Source: a virus | Taxonomy: Duplodnaviria; Caudoviricetes | Length of the DNA stretch: 64,000 nt | Reading direction: 5' to 3' (one strand) | IMG/VR virus record: IMGVR_UViG_3300027628_000010 | Span: 16,390-80,389 of that record | Part shown: positions 56,651-64,000 of the stretch, one piece after another | How positions within the stretch are numbered: position 1 is the stretch's first letter | Layout: the number at the start of each line of letters is the position of its first letter | Notes under the pieces: generated by a model | What the model saw: only the letters and a program-made list of their open reading frames with translations | Told to the model about the DNA's origin: nothing | The model's database searches: none | Translations under genes and position numbers: made by a program

Positions 56651-56786
56651 AATTTTTTTTATTGGTACAGACAATAAAAGTCAACATCCTCCATATACTT
56701 GAAGTATAGAAAATGTAATACAAAATCACACGAAGTAACACAAAGTATTAAAAAGTGTGACACACCAAAATTAGGAGGAATTTAAG

Positions 56787-57824
56787 ATGAGAAAACAAGA
56801 TGAGAATGTAAACGTAAAGGCACTAGATGATGGCTATGGGGATACTAAGTATGATAAGAACGGTACACCTGAACATATCCCTTCATTTGTTACTTCATTT
56901 AAACCAAAGCCAAAGGATGACTTCTCTAGTGATAGTAAGCTAAAGTACATTGCAGTAGAAATTGACGGTGAACGTTATGTAGTAGGTGATTACGCTATGA
57001 AACTTGACCCGGATATTAGATGGAATGCAGCAGATCATAAACATAGTACAGCTAACTTCGATATCTTACTCAAAACATCTCTAGGGCTTATGAGCTCCGG
57101 GCACGGAGAAGTAATTGACCTTCTAATGATGAATCTTCCTTTAAAGTTCGATACACCTGAACGTAGATTTGATTTGATGAGAGCAGCAGGCGGTCCCCAC
57201 GAAGTAGGTATTTCATTTGATGGAATTAACTTTGTTAAAAAGAATATTAATGTAGAGGATGTAGATATTAAGAAGCAAGGGTTTGGTAGCTTGTGTGACA
57301 TCATGTTAGATGATGTTGGAGAGATTTCAGACAGAGAGTTAGCTAAAGGATTTAATGTAATAGTAGATATTGGTTCTCGTACTTTAAATATCCTAACTGT
57401 AGATGCACTTGAAGAGCAGCAGGCACTCTCTACACAAGATAACCAAGGGATGTTTAAATCTTACCTACAGATCGGACGTTTCCTTGAAGATGAGTTAGGC
57501 ACCACTATTCCAGACGGAAAGCTTCCGGGTATTATCAGAGCCAGAGAAATTCGTGGAAGAGATATTAGCCAAGTGATTGACAGAGCTTATGAGATACACG
57601 CTAATAACATTGTCTCTACTTTAAATACAGTTCTACTTGACTCATGGGCATTTGTTAATAACGTGATCTTCACTGGAGGCGGAGCGGAAGTATTAGCTCC
57701 TCACTTAGCAGGAAAGATTGACAGAGCTAATGTATTAACGCTAGGACGCTATTCTAACGTGAGAGGCTTACGCAAATACGGGTTGAGGTCAGCCCGAAGA
57801 AACATTAAGCGTAATGTGAGGTAA
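56787..57824 (+). CDS. parM: ParM/StbA-family actin-like ATPase (Alp)
   Basis: Phosphate-1 LDDGYGDTK, NLP, connect-1 QGFGS, phosphate-2 VDIGSRT and adenosine TGGGA motifs. Confidence 0.88.
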   Translation: MRKQDENVNVKALDDGYGDTKYDKNGTPEHIPSFVTSFKPKPKDDFSSDSKLKYIAVEIDGERYVVGDYAMKLDPDIRWNAADHKHSTANFDILLKTSLGLMSSGHGEVIDLLMMNLPLKFDTPERRFDLMRAAGGPHEVGISFDGINFVKKNINVEDVDIKKQGFGSLCDIMLDDVGEISDRELAKGFNVIVDIGSRTLNILTVDALEEQQALSTQDNQGMFKSYLQIGRFLEDELGTTIPDGKLPGIIRAREIRGRDISQVIDRAYEIHANNIVSTLNTVLLDSWAFVNNVIFTGGGAEVLAPHLAGKIDRANVLTLGRYSNVRGLRKYGLRSARRNIKRNVR

Positions 57825-57829
57825 TTATT

Positions 57830-58123
57830 ATGGGTAGCCGTTATTCACTCTATATCAGACCGACAAAAGATTCAGACATTTTAGAATATTTAAAACCATT
57901 ACTTGAAAGGGAAGAGTTTTCCTTAGTTGTCCGCAGCCTAATACGGGACGGTATAAAGTATCGTTCCGTAGAATATAAACCACCAACACAACCTTCTGCA
58001 TCCCCTGTACACTTCTACAATAATACAAACACACAAAGTAATACACTCGATTTTTCAGATATCAAAATGGAGAAAAAAGAGGTTGACCAAGAGGAGTTAG
58101 ACAAACGTTTAGATGACTTTTAA
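57830..58123 (+). CDS. ParR-like ribbon-helix-helix adaptor
   Basis: N-terminal beta-strand RYSLYI plus helices (DSDILEYL...SLVVRSLIRDGI), flexible linker and acidic C-terminal helix; directly after parM. Confidence 0.7.
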   Translation: MGSRYSLYIRPTKDSDILEYLKPLLEREEFSLVVRSLIRDGIKYRSVEYKPPTQPSASPVHFYNNTNTQSNTLDFSDIKMEKKEVDQEELDKRLDDF

Positions 58124-58156
58124 GAGTATAAAGTAAGGATTTATAAACAAGCTAAC

Positions 58157-58260
58157 GTTTCCCTGTTTCCCATGTTTCCCCGTTTCCCGTGTTTCCCTCA
58201 ATTTTGGGTCGAAAACGGCGGTATAGAGCCATTTTAGGTATATGTATAGGGTAGGGAAAC
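58157..58260. repeat. 5x GTTTCCC direct-repeat array plus an inverted copy (centromere/loading-site candidate)
   Basis: Copies at 58157, 58165, 58174, 58182 and 58191 (period 8/9); GGGAAAC at 58254. Confidence 0.9.
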
Positions 58261-58309
58261 AGAGGGTAACGGCTACATTTTGGGTAGATAAAAGGGAGGT
58301 AATTTTACC

Positions 58310-58921
58310 GTGAAAGTGACATTTAACGGAGGAGAATTTTATAGAGTAACGACTCAATTCAATTCAGTGGATTCTCTGCATAAGAATGGGCATACAGGAA
58401 TTGATCTTTCAATGGAATCTGGCACGAAACTTTTGAGTCCGGCGGATGGAGTTGTGGAAAGAATTGTAGATTATGGTTCTCAAAATATTGGCAAAGGCGT
58501 AATAGTAAAAATAGAAAATGGAGATAGGTTGATTTTCGGTCACATGTCAGATACTTCCCAAGTTCATGTAGGTGATACACTTCATGCAGGGGATTTGGTG
58601 GGATTATCTGGAAATTCCGGCAGGAGTACTGGCGCACATTTACATTTTGGAGTTAAGGACCCTCAGAATAATTTTACAGACCCTGCCCCTTACCTTAACG
58701 GCGGTTCTGGCAAAGAAATAGTGCAAATGCCTTCTCCTGAAGGGTGTGGCGTATTTGAGAAGGCAGATGCAGCAAACATTGTAAGTGATTCAATGAGTAA
58801 GTTTGGCGATATGCTTTCTGATATGACAGTAAATTTTATAGACATTATTCATTTTACTCTATTACACGCCATTCCCATAATGTCTCGAGCACTAGGAGTA
58901 ATTCTTTCTTCGTTAAGTTAA
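58310..58921 (+). CDS. M23 (LytM) metallopeptidase with hydrophobic C-terminus
   Basis: HTGID, GHM, SGNSGRSTGAHLHF and DP..YL motifs; GTG start with RBS ggagg. Confidence 0.9.
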   Translation: MKVTFNGGEFYRVTTQFNSVDSLHKNGHTGIDLSMESGTKLLSPADGVVERIVDYGSQNIGKGVIVKIENGDRLIFGHMSDTSQVHVGDTLHAGDLVGLSGNSGRSTGAHLHFGVKDPQNNFTDPAPYLNGGSGKEIVQMPSPEGCGVFEKADAANIVSDSMSKFGDMLSDMTVNFIDIIHFTLLHAIPIMSRALGVILSSLS

Positions 58922-59024
58922 TTCCTTTTTTATCCTTTAAGGAATGAATAACCAACTCATCCACATTCTGTAATTGGCGTTCGTATCTTGGAATTGATGT
59001 ATCGTTGAATAGGTAACTAAACAT
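58854..59024 (-). CDS. 56-aa antisense protein (not in ORF track), possible wHTH fragment
   Basis: The minus strand reads AAGGAGG-9nt-ATG, giving MFSYLFNDTSIPRYERQLQNVDELVIHSLKDKKGINLTKKELLLVLETLWEWRVIE*. Confidence 0.75.
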   Translation of the reverse strand: MFSYLFNDTSIPRYERQLQNVDELVIHSLKDKKGINLTKKELLLVLETLWEWRVIE

Positions 59025-59046
59025 TTTTATCATCCTCCTTGGAGGA

Positions 59047-59076
59047 TAGTATGACCAAACTAAAATTAAAATATAC
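59047..59076 (-). promoter_or_regulatory. Sigma-G consensus promoter
   Basis: The minus strand reads GTATA-N18-CATACTA immediately upstream of the antisense gene's RBS. Confidence 0.7.
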
Positions 59077-59090
59077 TGGAGGAATTTAAA

Positions 59091-59312
59091 ATGGCAATTT
59101 TAGCAATCGCAGGCGGTATTGGTGTAGTATGTGTGGCAGGTTCAGCAACAGTGGCAGCGTTAAAGTTTTTTAATACATGGGAGCCAGATTTTAGTAAAGT
59201 AGGTAAGAAATCTTCTCATAAAGCAGGTAAAGGTCCTTCAAGTCATCGTGATAGTGAGCGTACAAACGGATTAAGAAATAAAATCGGCAACAATAACAGC
59301 ATTCACGAATAA
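59091..59312 (+). CDS. Small membrane-anchored protein (73 aa)
   Basis: N-terminal hydrophobic helix, basic/polar tail; RBS ggagg. Confidence 0.65.
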   Translation: MAILAIAGGIGVVCVAGSATVAALKFFNTWEPDFSKVGKKSSHKAGKGPSSHRDSERTNGLRNKIGNNNSIHE

Positions 59313-59339
59313 TAAAAAAAAATTAAGGGAGAGATAAAA

Positions 59340-59879
59340 ATGGTAAAAATTAATATGGGCGCAAAAAGTTTATCTGAAGGGGTAACATATATAAAGCCTC
59401 TAACTCAATTGAACGTAGGACGTACTGAACGAGAAGAGAAGGTACTTTTTACAGCGGAAAATCTACTTCAGGAGGTGATGGAAGCAGACGGAAATGTAAG
59501 ACATCGAAAAATAAAGTCACTAAAACGCATAATGAAGATTGCTCTAACAACGTTAGGGGTAACAGCTCAAATGGCTCCTCGAGCATTAGCGGCAACCGCA
59601 CAGACGGGTATAGCTCCGATAACTCCAGCAATGATAATGGATTATGGTCTTACTCTAGCCTTCATAGTGGTGTCGTGCGGTGTAGCCTTCGCCATGATCG
59701 GTCTAACATTAGCCGGGATAGCTCGAATGTTCAAGAGAAGAGATATAGCGACAGAATGGACTACGGATATAATCAAGGGTTTAGTGCAGGTATTAATCGC
59801 CATACCAGTTGTATTAGTTCTATTCTTCATAGCCCAACATCTATTTCAAGGCTTACCAAAGTTAGGAAGTCTCTTCTAA
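59340..59879 (+). CDS. TrbC/VirB2 pilin-like membrane protein
   Basis: Long leader ending in ALA|A, then two hydrophobic helices joined by a short basic loop (MFKRRDIATEW..IIKG). Confidence 0.45.
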   Translation: MVKINMGAKSLSEGVTYIKPLTQLNVGRTEREEKVLFTAENLLQEVMEADGNVRHRKIKSLKRIMKIALTTLGVTAQMAPRALAATAQTGIAPITPAMIMDYGLTLAFIVVSCGVAFAMIGLTLAGIARMFKRRDIATEWTTDIIKGLVQVLIAIPVVLVLFFIAQHLFQGLPKLGSLF

Positions 59880-61099
59880 GAGCATCTTTAATACCGTTTG
59901 CAGTTGTAACTTCTACTTTCATTACAGGATTATCCTCTCATGCATACGCCGCAGTTAAAAACCCTCAAGACATTACAGCTCATAAATCTAATCATGTTGA
60001 ACACCAAGGACCTATCGATACAGTTGTAGCCACATTCAAAGAATTTAATCAAACAGTTGCTTCTATAAAAGATTGGTTTGAGGGAGTACCTACTGATATT
60101 GCTCAAGGCTCTGTACACCTAATGGCGTGGCTATACGATTTGTGTGCCACGCTTATCCTGAAAACTCCGTTATGGATTTTCGATAACGAGTGGTTTGAAA
60201 ATACGACATATATGTTTAGTTTGTTATCCATAGGGCTTGTATCCACTTTAACCGTTGTAGAAGGCATAAAGCGTATGCTTTCAGGTATTAGGAAGAGTGG
60301 GTTTAAAGGAATTAAGGCTCCTATGGAACTGAAAGACATTATGAAGCGCTGGTTTATTGTGGCAGGCGTAACGACAGCCGTACCATTTGCTTTTCAAAAA
60401 GCATTCCAAGGACTAAACATTGCATCCGACTTCTTAATTGGAATGGGTAAGAGAACAATGGATAATGTAGCGGTCCCTGAAACTGTTTCATTAATCGATG
60501 CACTTACACTTACGGTATTCGATATTATTTTAATCTCAACGATCGTACCTATCTTATGGAAGAATGGACGGAGATTTTTCGACTTAATGCTGCTCGGCGT
60601 TACGTCTCCTCTCGCTTTAACGGCTTGGATTTTCGACCCGTACAGACATTACTTTAGTCAATGGTGGAGCAACTTAAAGCACTTATCAATGGTGCAAGTC
60701 TACTATTCTTTATTTCTACTTGTACTAGGCTGGTTTATCTTCGGGGTTCCGACTCCTGTACAGTTCTCTGGGCTTATTGTCAAGCTACTTATTACGATTG
60801 GAGGATTTGCTCGTATGGCTAACCCACCTCGTATTATTGCATCTAAGCTAGATACGGGTGGTGGATTTGATGATTATAATGCAACAAAGAAAAAGGTTGT
60901 ACAGAATTTTAAAGATACAAAAGCAATTATTGGAGGTCCCGTTTCTACAGGTAAAATGCTTTACGGTAAAATAACTACGCCTACTGAAAGAGAAGGCGGA
61001 ACTCGTATGGAGCGTTATCATTCTAGAATGGAAAAGATCGGCTTAGCTAAGAAGAAACCAGAAGCACCGAAACCTACACCAAAACCAAGAAAACGATAA
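59756..61099 (+). CDS. Multi-pass membrane protein (TrbL/VirB6-like topology), start uncertain
   Basis: Signal-like AYA|A, about six hydrophobic helices including PLALTAWIFDP...FSQW, and a basic C-terminus. The ORF overlaps the previous gene in the -1 frame. Confidence 0.6.
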   Translation: MDYGYNQGFSAGINRHTSCISSILHSPTSISRLTKVRKSLLRASLIPFAVVTSTFITGLSSHAYAAVKNPQDITAHKSNHVEHQGPIDTVVATFKEFNQTVASIKDWFEGVPTDIAQGSVHLMAWLYDLCATLILKTPLWIFDNEWFENTTYMFSLLSIGLVSTLTVVEGIKRMLSGIRKSGFKGIKAPMELKDIMKRWFIVAGVTTAVPFAFQKAFQGLNIASDFLIGMGKRTMDNVAVPETVSLIDALTLTVFDIILISTIVPILWKNGRRFFDLMLLGVTSPLALTAWIFDPYRHYFSQWWSNLKHLSMVQVYYSLFLLVLGWFIFGVPTPVQFSGLIVKLLITIGGFARMANPPRIIASKLDTGGGFDDYNATKKKVVQNFKDTKAIIGGPVSTGKMLYGKITTPTEREGGTRMERYHSRMEKIGLAKKKPEAPKPTPKPRKR

Positions 61100-61111
61100 T
61101 AGGAGGAATAT

Positions 61112-61225
61112 ATGATGGCAACAACTACAGGGATTATCTTATTAAATTTGAGTATGCTTTTATTAAATACGGCGGTGACTACAATACATTCTGCAATGAT
61201 AGCAAAGGAGTTGCGTAAAAGATGA
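61112..61225 (+). CDS. 37-aa single-TM peptide (not in ORF track)
   Basis: RBS aggagg; MMATTTGIILLNLSMLLLNTAVTTIHSAMIAKELRKR*; its stop overlaps the FtsK start (ATGA). Confidence 0.65.
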   Translation: MMATTTGIILLNLSMLLLNTAVTTIHSAMIAKELRKR

Positions 61226-63588
61226 TTAAAGTTAACCCGGATTACCAAAACATTTCTAACTACTTTGTAGATACGGACAATATAGCTGAAGACTTGGCAC
61301 AAGTAATGAGCAAATTAAAGGATTCAGTGTTTGGCTTGGAATTATCCTATGCGGAAGGTGTAATGGATAAGATGATCATTACACCTCCCTATGTAAGACT
61401 TGACCAACGTAACGTACAGCCGTACAGAGAGTGTCCTACAGCAGAGTTTACTCCTTACGAGGGGTATTTATCGGAACCTCACTTTATGCCTCTGTACGGG
61501 GCTCTAGAGGGCAAATTAATGGAGGACTTGGCTAACTTGGAAGTGCATAAAAATGACAAGGTATGCATACAGTGGCTTTTCAAGCGTAAATATGGCTGGC
61601 AGGAGCAGGCATTTGAGATGTATGAGAGCTATCTGTTAGGAAATGGTAACCCTGCTAAGTCTAGGATTGGTAGACGCTTCCAATCTAAGGTGCTTGGTAT
61701 GCTAGATCGAGTAATTCCTGTCACTCATAACGACTACGTGGACGAAGTGGAAGAGAAGCTGCTTATGGAAGGCTTTCAGTTCCAACTACGTATAGCGGTC
61801 AAGTCTGAGCAGGAGGCTCGTATCAAAGAACAGCTTGTCTCTATCTTTAGTGAGTACGACTCGTACAACTCATTAAAATTATGTAGGGTCCGGGACAAAG
61901 AGTTTACTGCCTTGTACAATGATTGTATTATGACAGGCTACACCTATAATCAGATTATCAGTAAAAAGGAGCTGTTCTCCTTGGTAGGGGGGAAGCTTGT
62001 ATCTGAGCAAGTAGTTCCTGAAATGGCTGCTAAGCCTGTCTCTGTATCAAACGGTAATGCGCTGGAGTTGCTACCTGTTAATAATGCGAAGAGTGTAGAG
62101 CCAGACCACACGCTTGTAGAGCGCATAGCTAAGGCGCTGGTTCGAGTTAAACTTATAGAGAGGGCACAGCTATTCGACCCGGCTATTGCCTCTGGAGCAC
62201 GGCTTACAGTGGTTCAAACGAAGATACCTAAAGATCGTATTATTACCGACTTAGAGAAAAAAGCTAAAGCCATTCAAGCTGTTTTAAATGTAGATTCACT
62301 GACAATAGATCGAGGTGATGGGGAGGATAAGGTTAAATTTGTTATCCCTAATAAAGATACGGTCCCTATAGGTTTAAGGGAGCTAATGGAAATGGATGAG
62401 TTTAAAGAGTTTGCTTCTAAAGTAGAAAATGCTTTAGCCTTTGCAGTAGGTGTAGATGAATTTAATAAACCGATATACTTGTCCTTATCTAAACTTGTAC
62501 ACATGTTAATATCCGGGTCCACTAATAGTGGTAAGTCTGTCTGCATAAATAGTGTCGTAGTATCATTAATTGTTACGTATCCGCCAGAAATTCTTCAGTT
62601 TATCATGATTGACCCTGCAACAGTAGAAATGACTCAATATGAAGGATTTCCACACGTACAGAAAGTAGTTACAGACATGGACGAAGCAGCAAACGAACTT
62701 AGTGGCTTGTCCGCTGAAATGGACAGACGTTATAAGATATTAGGTAAGGCTCGAGTAAAAAATATATTAGAATATAATAAGAAAATGGATATTCCAATGC
62801 CTTTCCTAGTCTGTGTAATTGACGAGTATGCTGATCTCCATATGACGAACCCAGAGGTTAATGAATATGTAAGCCGTTTGGGGCAGAAGGCACGTAAAGT
62901 TGGTATTCACCTTATTATTGCTACACAACGTCCTAGTGCTAATGTGCTTGACGGAGATATTAAAGCTAACCTACAGAATGTGCTTTGTTTTAACTTAGGT
63001 AACAATAATAATTATAAAACAGTATTTGGTGAGGGAATTGGCAATACACAATTACTTGGCTATGGGGACGGTATGATGCGTATTGTAGGAGATGCCGCAG
63101 GCTATAGAAGATTTCAGGGAGCTATGATCTCACCTAACGGGACCAGTGAAGAAGAAATTTATGATAATTTACGTGCTTATTACAGTGGAATCCGGGTAAA
63201 CACATCTATAGAGGAATCCACCACCTCTACGCCAACTTCTGCTATAGAATCGGCTTCTGTTCCTCCTTCTATCCCTGTATCTGAGAATGTAGTTAAAAAT
63301 GAACCAGACCCTATTATAGAAGTAGTCCCAGAGGAAGAAGAGCCGACTGTAGAAGTACTGCCTTTAGATACAAATGAAGATGACCCATTGTATAAACTGA
63401 AACAATATATAGCAACTACTCGAGAAACTAGAGCTAGACAGCTTAGGGAACATTTAGGAATCAAAACAACTAAACTAACAGAATTAATGGGTATCTTAGT
63501 TGAAGAAGGCTGGTTAGAAAAAACAAAGTCCAAAGGTTATCAAATAATTGCTTCTGATTCTCTCTTATCTGAATGGATTTCCGATTAA
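61222..63588 (+). CDS. FtsK/SpoIIIE-family DNA translocase without N-terminal TM domain
   Basis: Alpha domain, Walker A GSTNSGKS, IDP, Walker B VIDEYADL, QKARKVGIHLIIATQRPS, P/E-rich linker and C-terminal wHTH. Confidence 0.9.
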   Translation: MIKVNPDYQNISNYFVDTDNIAEDLAQVMSKLKDSVFGLELSYAEGVMDKMIITPPYVRLDQRNVQPYRECPTAEFTPYEGYLSEPHFMPLYGALEGKLMEDLANLEVHKNDKVCIQWLFKRKYGWQEQAFEMYESYLLGNGNPAKSRIGRRFQSKVLGMLDRVIPVTHNDYVDEVEEKLLMEGFQFQLRIAVKSEQEARIKEQLVSIFSEYDSYNSLKLCRVRDKEFTALYNDCIMTGYTYNQIISKKELFSLVGGKLVSEQVVPEMAAKPVSVSNGNALELLPVNNAKSVEPDHTLVERIAKALVRVKLIERAQLFDPAIASGARLTVVQTKIPKDRIITDLEKKAKAIQAVLNVDSLTIDRGDGEDKVKFVIPNKDTVPIGLRELMEMDEFKEFASKVENALAFAVGVDEFNKPIYLSLSKLVHMLISGSTNSGKSVCINSVVVSLIVTYPPEILQFIMIDPATVEMTQYEGFPHVQKVVTDMDEAANELSGLSAEMDRRYKILGKARVKNILEYNKKMDIPMPFLVCVIDEYADLHMTNPEVNEYVSRLGQKARKVGIHLIIATQRPSANVLDGDIKANLQNVLCFNLGNNNNYKTVFGEGIGNTQLLGYGDGMMRIVGDAAGYRRFQGAMISPNGTSEEEIYDNLRAYYSGIRVNTSIEESTTSTPTSAIESASVPPSIPVSENVVKNEPDPIIEVVPEEEEPTVEVLPLDTNEDDPLYKLKQYIATTRETRARQLREHLGIKTTKLTELMGILVEEGWLEKTKSKGYQIIASDSLLSEWISD

Positions 63589-63612
63589 GCCTTATATAGG
63601 CTTATTTTTTTT
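63586..63612 (+). terminator. Rho-independent terminator
   Basis: taagcct-tatat-aggctta followed by a T-run. Confidence 0.75.
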
Positions 63613-63815
63613 ATTCCTGACAAAGTGCTTGTACTATATTAAATAGGACAAAATAAAAAATGTCCTATTTTTAACCCTTGATACATAAGGGTTTGTAGCT
63701 GTTTTTGCTTCTGAATGTGCCTATTTAATTTTATTGTCTCTGTATTATATATTTATAATATTATTATATATAAAATAATTACTATATAAATATAAGATAT
63801 AAATGTATATTAAGA
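63613..63815. other. AT-rich region with inverted TGTCCTATTT repeats; candidate replication origin 2
   Basis: aaataggaca-N10-tgtcctattt, palindrome aaccctt-gatacat-aagggtt, and about 75 bp of A/T; shares motifs with 3091-3335. Confidence 0.5.
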
Positions 63816-63843
63816 GGGACGTGAAAATTTTTCAATTTAGTTG

Positions 63844-63872
63844 TTGACTTTTATTGCATGACCATTTATACT
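63844..63872 (+). promoter_or_regulatory. SigA-type promoter for a gene beyond the window
   Basis: TTGACT-17-TATACT. Confidence 0.75.
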
Positions 63873-64000
63873 TAGGCTATGAGTTACAGAGAAGTTAGAG
63901 GCTTGGGAGGGCTTGTAACAATCTGACAGCTACTACTTTACTAATCTGATCTTTGGGAGGAGAGACGATTAAGAAAGGAGGAGTACAAGTATAATGGATT

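Noticed and set aside
58157-58197. GTTTCCC array as a mini-CRISPR
   Set aside because: The units are 7 bp with 1-2-bp gaps, far too short for repeats and spacers.
58221-58246. Sigma-F/B promoter upstream of the M23 gene (GTATA...GGTATATGTA)
   Set aside because: The spacer is 11 nt, too short for sigma-F or sigma-G, and the -10 fit is poor.
59021-59051. Plus-strand sigma-F promoter (ACATT...GAGGATAGTA)
   Set aside because: It has mismatches in both boxes and is better explained by the overlapping minus-strand sigma-G promoter and SD.
749-63533. The many minus-strand ORFs in the supplied track (e.g. 3789-4199, 45014-45397, 63180-63533)
   Set aside because: They lie opposite strong plus-strand genes, lack SD sequences and read as antisense shadows. 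Only 58854-59024, which is not in the track, has a proper SD and promoter.
56787-63588. A complete conjugative type IV secretion system or integrated ICE
   Set aside because: No VirB4 ATPase, relaxase, integrase or att-like flanking repeats are present in the window.
1-64000. tRNA genes to pair with Thg1/RtcB
   Set aside because: No cloverleaf with T-loop GTTCRA and acceptor stem was seen by eye; tRNAscan-SE would be needed to exclude them.
1-64000. Host parS sites (TGTTNCACGTGAAACA) or Spo0A boxes as the spore-entrapment mechanism
   Set aside because: No parS match was noticed (the scan by eye was not exhaustive). The TGTCGAA at 39287 is inside a CDS and is expected by chance.

Overview
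This 64-kb window is the DNA-replication/early region of a large, virulent-type Bacillus myovirus (Herelleviridae, Bastillevirinae-like). The assignment rests on gene content and order; no database search was run. Almost all genes are on the + strand. The window opens with the end of the tail module (two beta-helix tailspike/depolymerase-like genes) and an AT-rich, origin-like intergenic region. The replication block follows: SF2 helicase, wHTH Rep-like protein, DnaB-like helicase, SbcD/SbcC, primase, an atypical dUTPase, a Holliday-junction resolvase, and ribonucleotide reductase alpha/beta separated by a free-standing HNH gene. It continues with a thioredoxin, an HU-like protein, a family A DNA polymerase interrupted by a 791-nt group I intron (25044-25834) that carries an HNH gene, then UvsY-like, SSB, RecA, sigma factor and holin genes. 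The accessory region carries a Tad1-family anti-Thoeris sponge, Thg1-like and RtcB RNA-repair enzymes, a SigF/SigG-like sigma factor with an extra C-terminal HTH, and three tandem paralog pairs. The most unusual part is the last 7 kb (56.8-63.8 kb), a plasmid-like module. It contains a ParM actin, a ParR-like ribbon-helix-helix protein, a 5x GTTTCCC array, an M23 peptidase, a pilin-like protein, a multi-pass membrane protein and a soluble FtsK/SpoIIIE motor. It also hides a 56-aa antisense gene, absent from the ORF track, behind a perfect sigma-G consensus promoter. A second AT-rich region follows, sharing a 30-bp element with the first. My working hypothesis (inference) is a sporulation-coupled system for segregating and translocating phage DNA. 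I saw no tRNA, rRNA or CRISPR array by eye.
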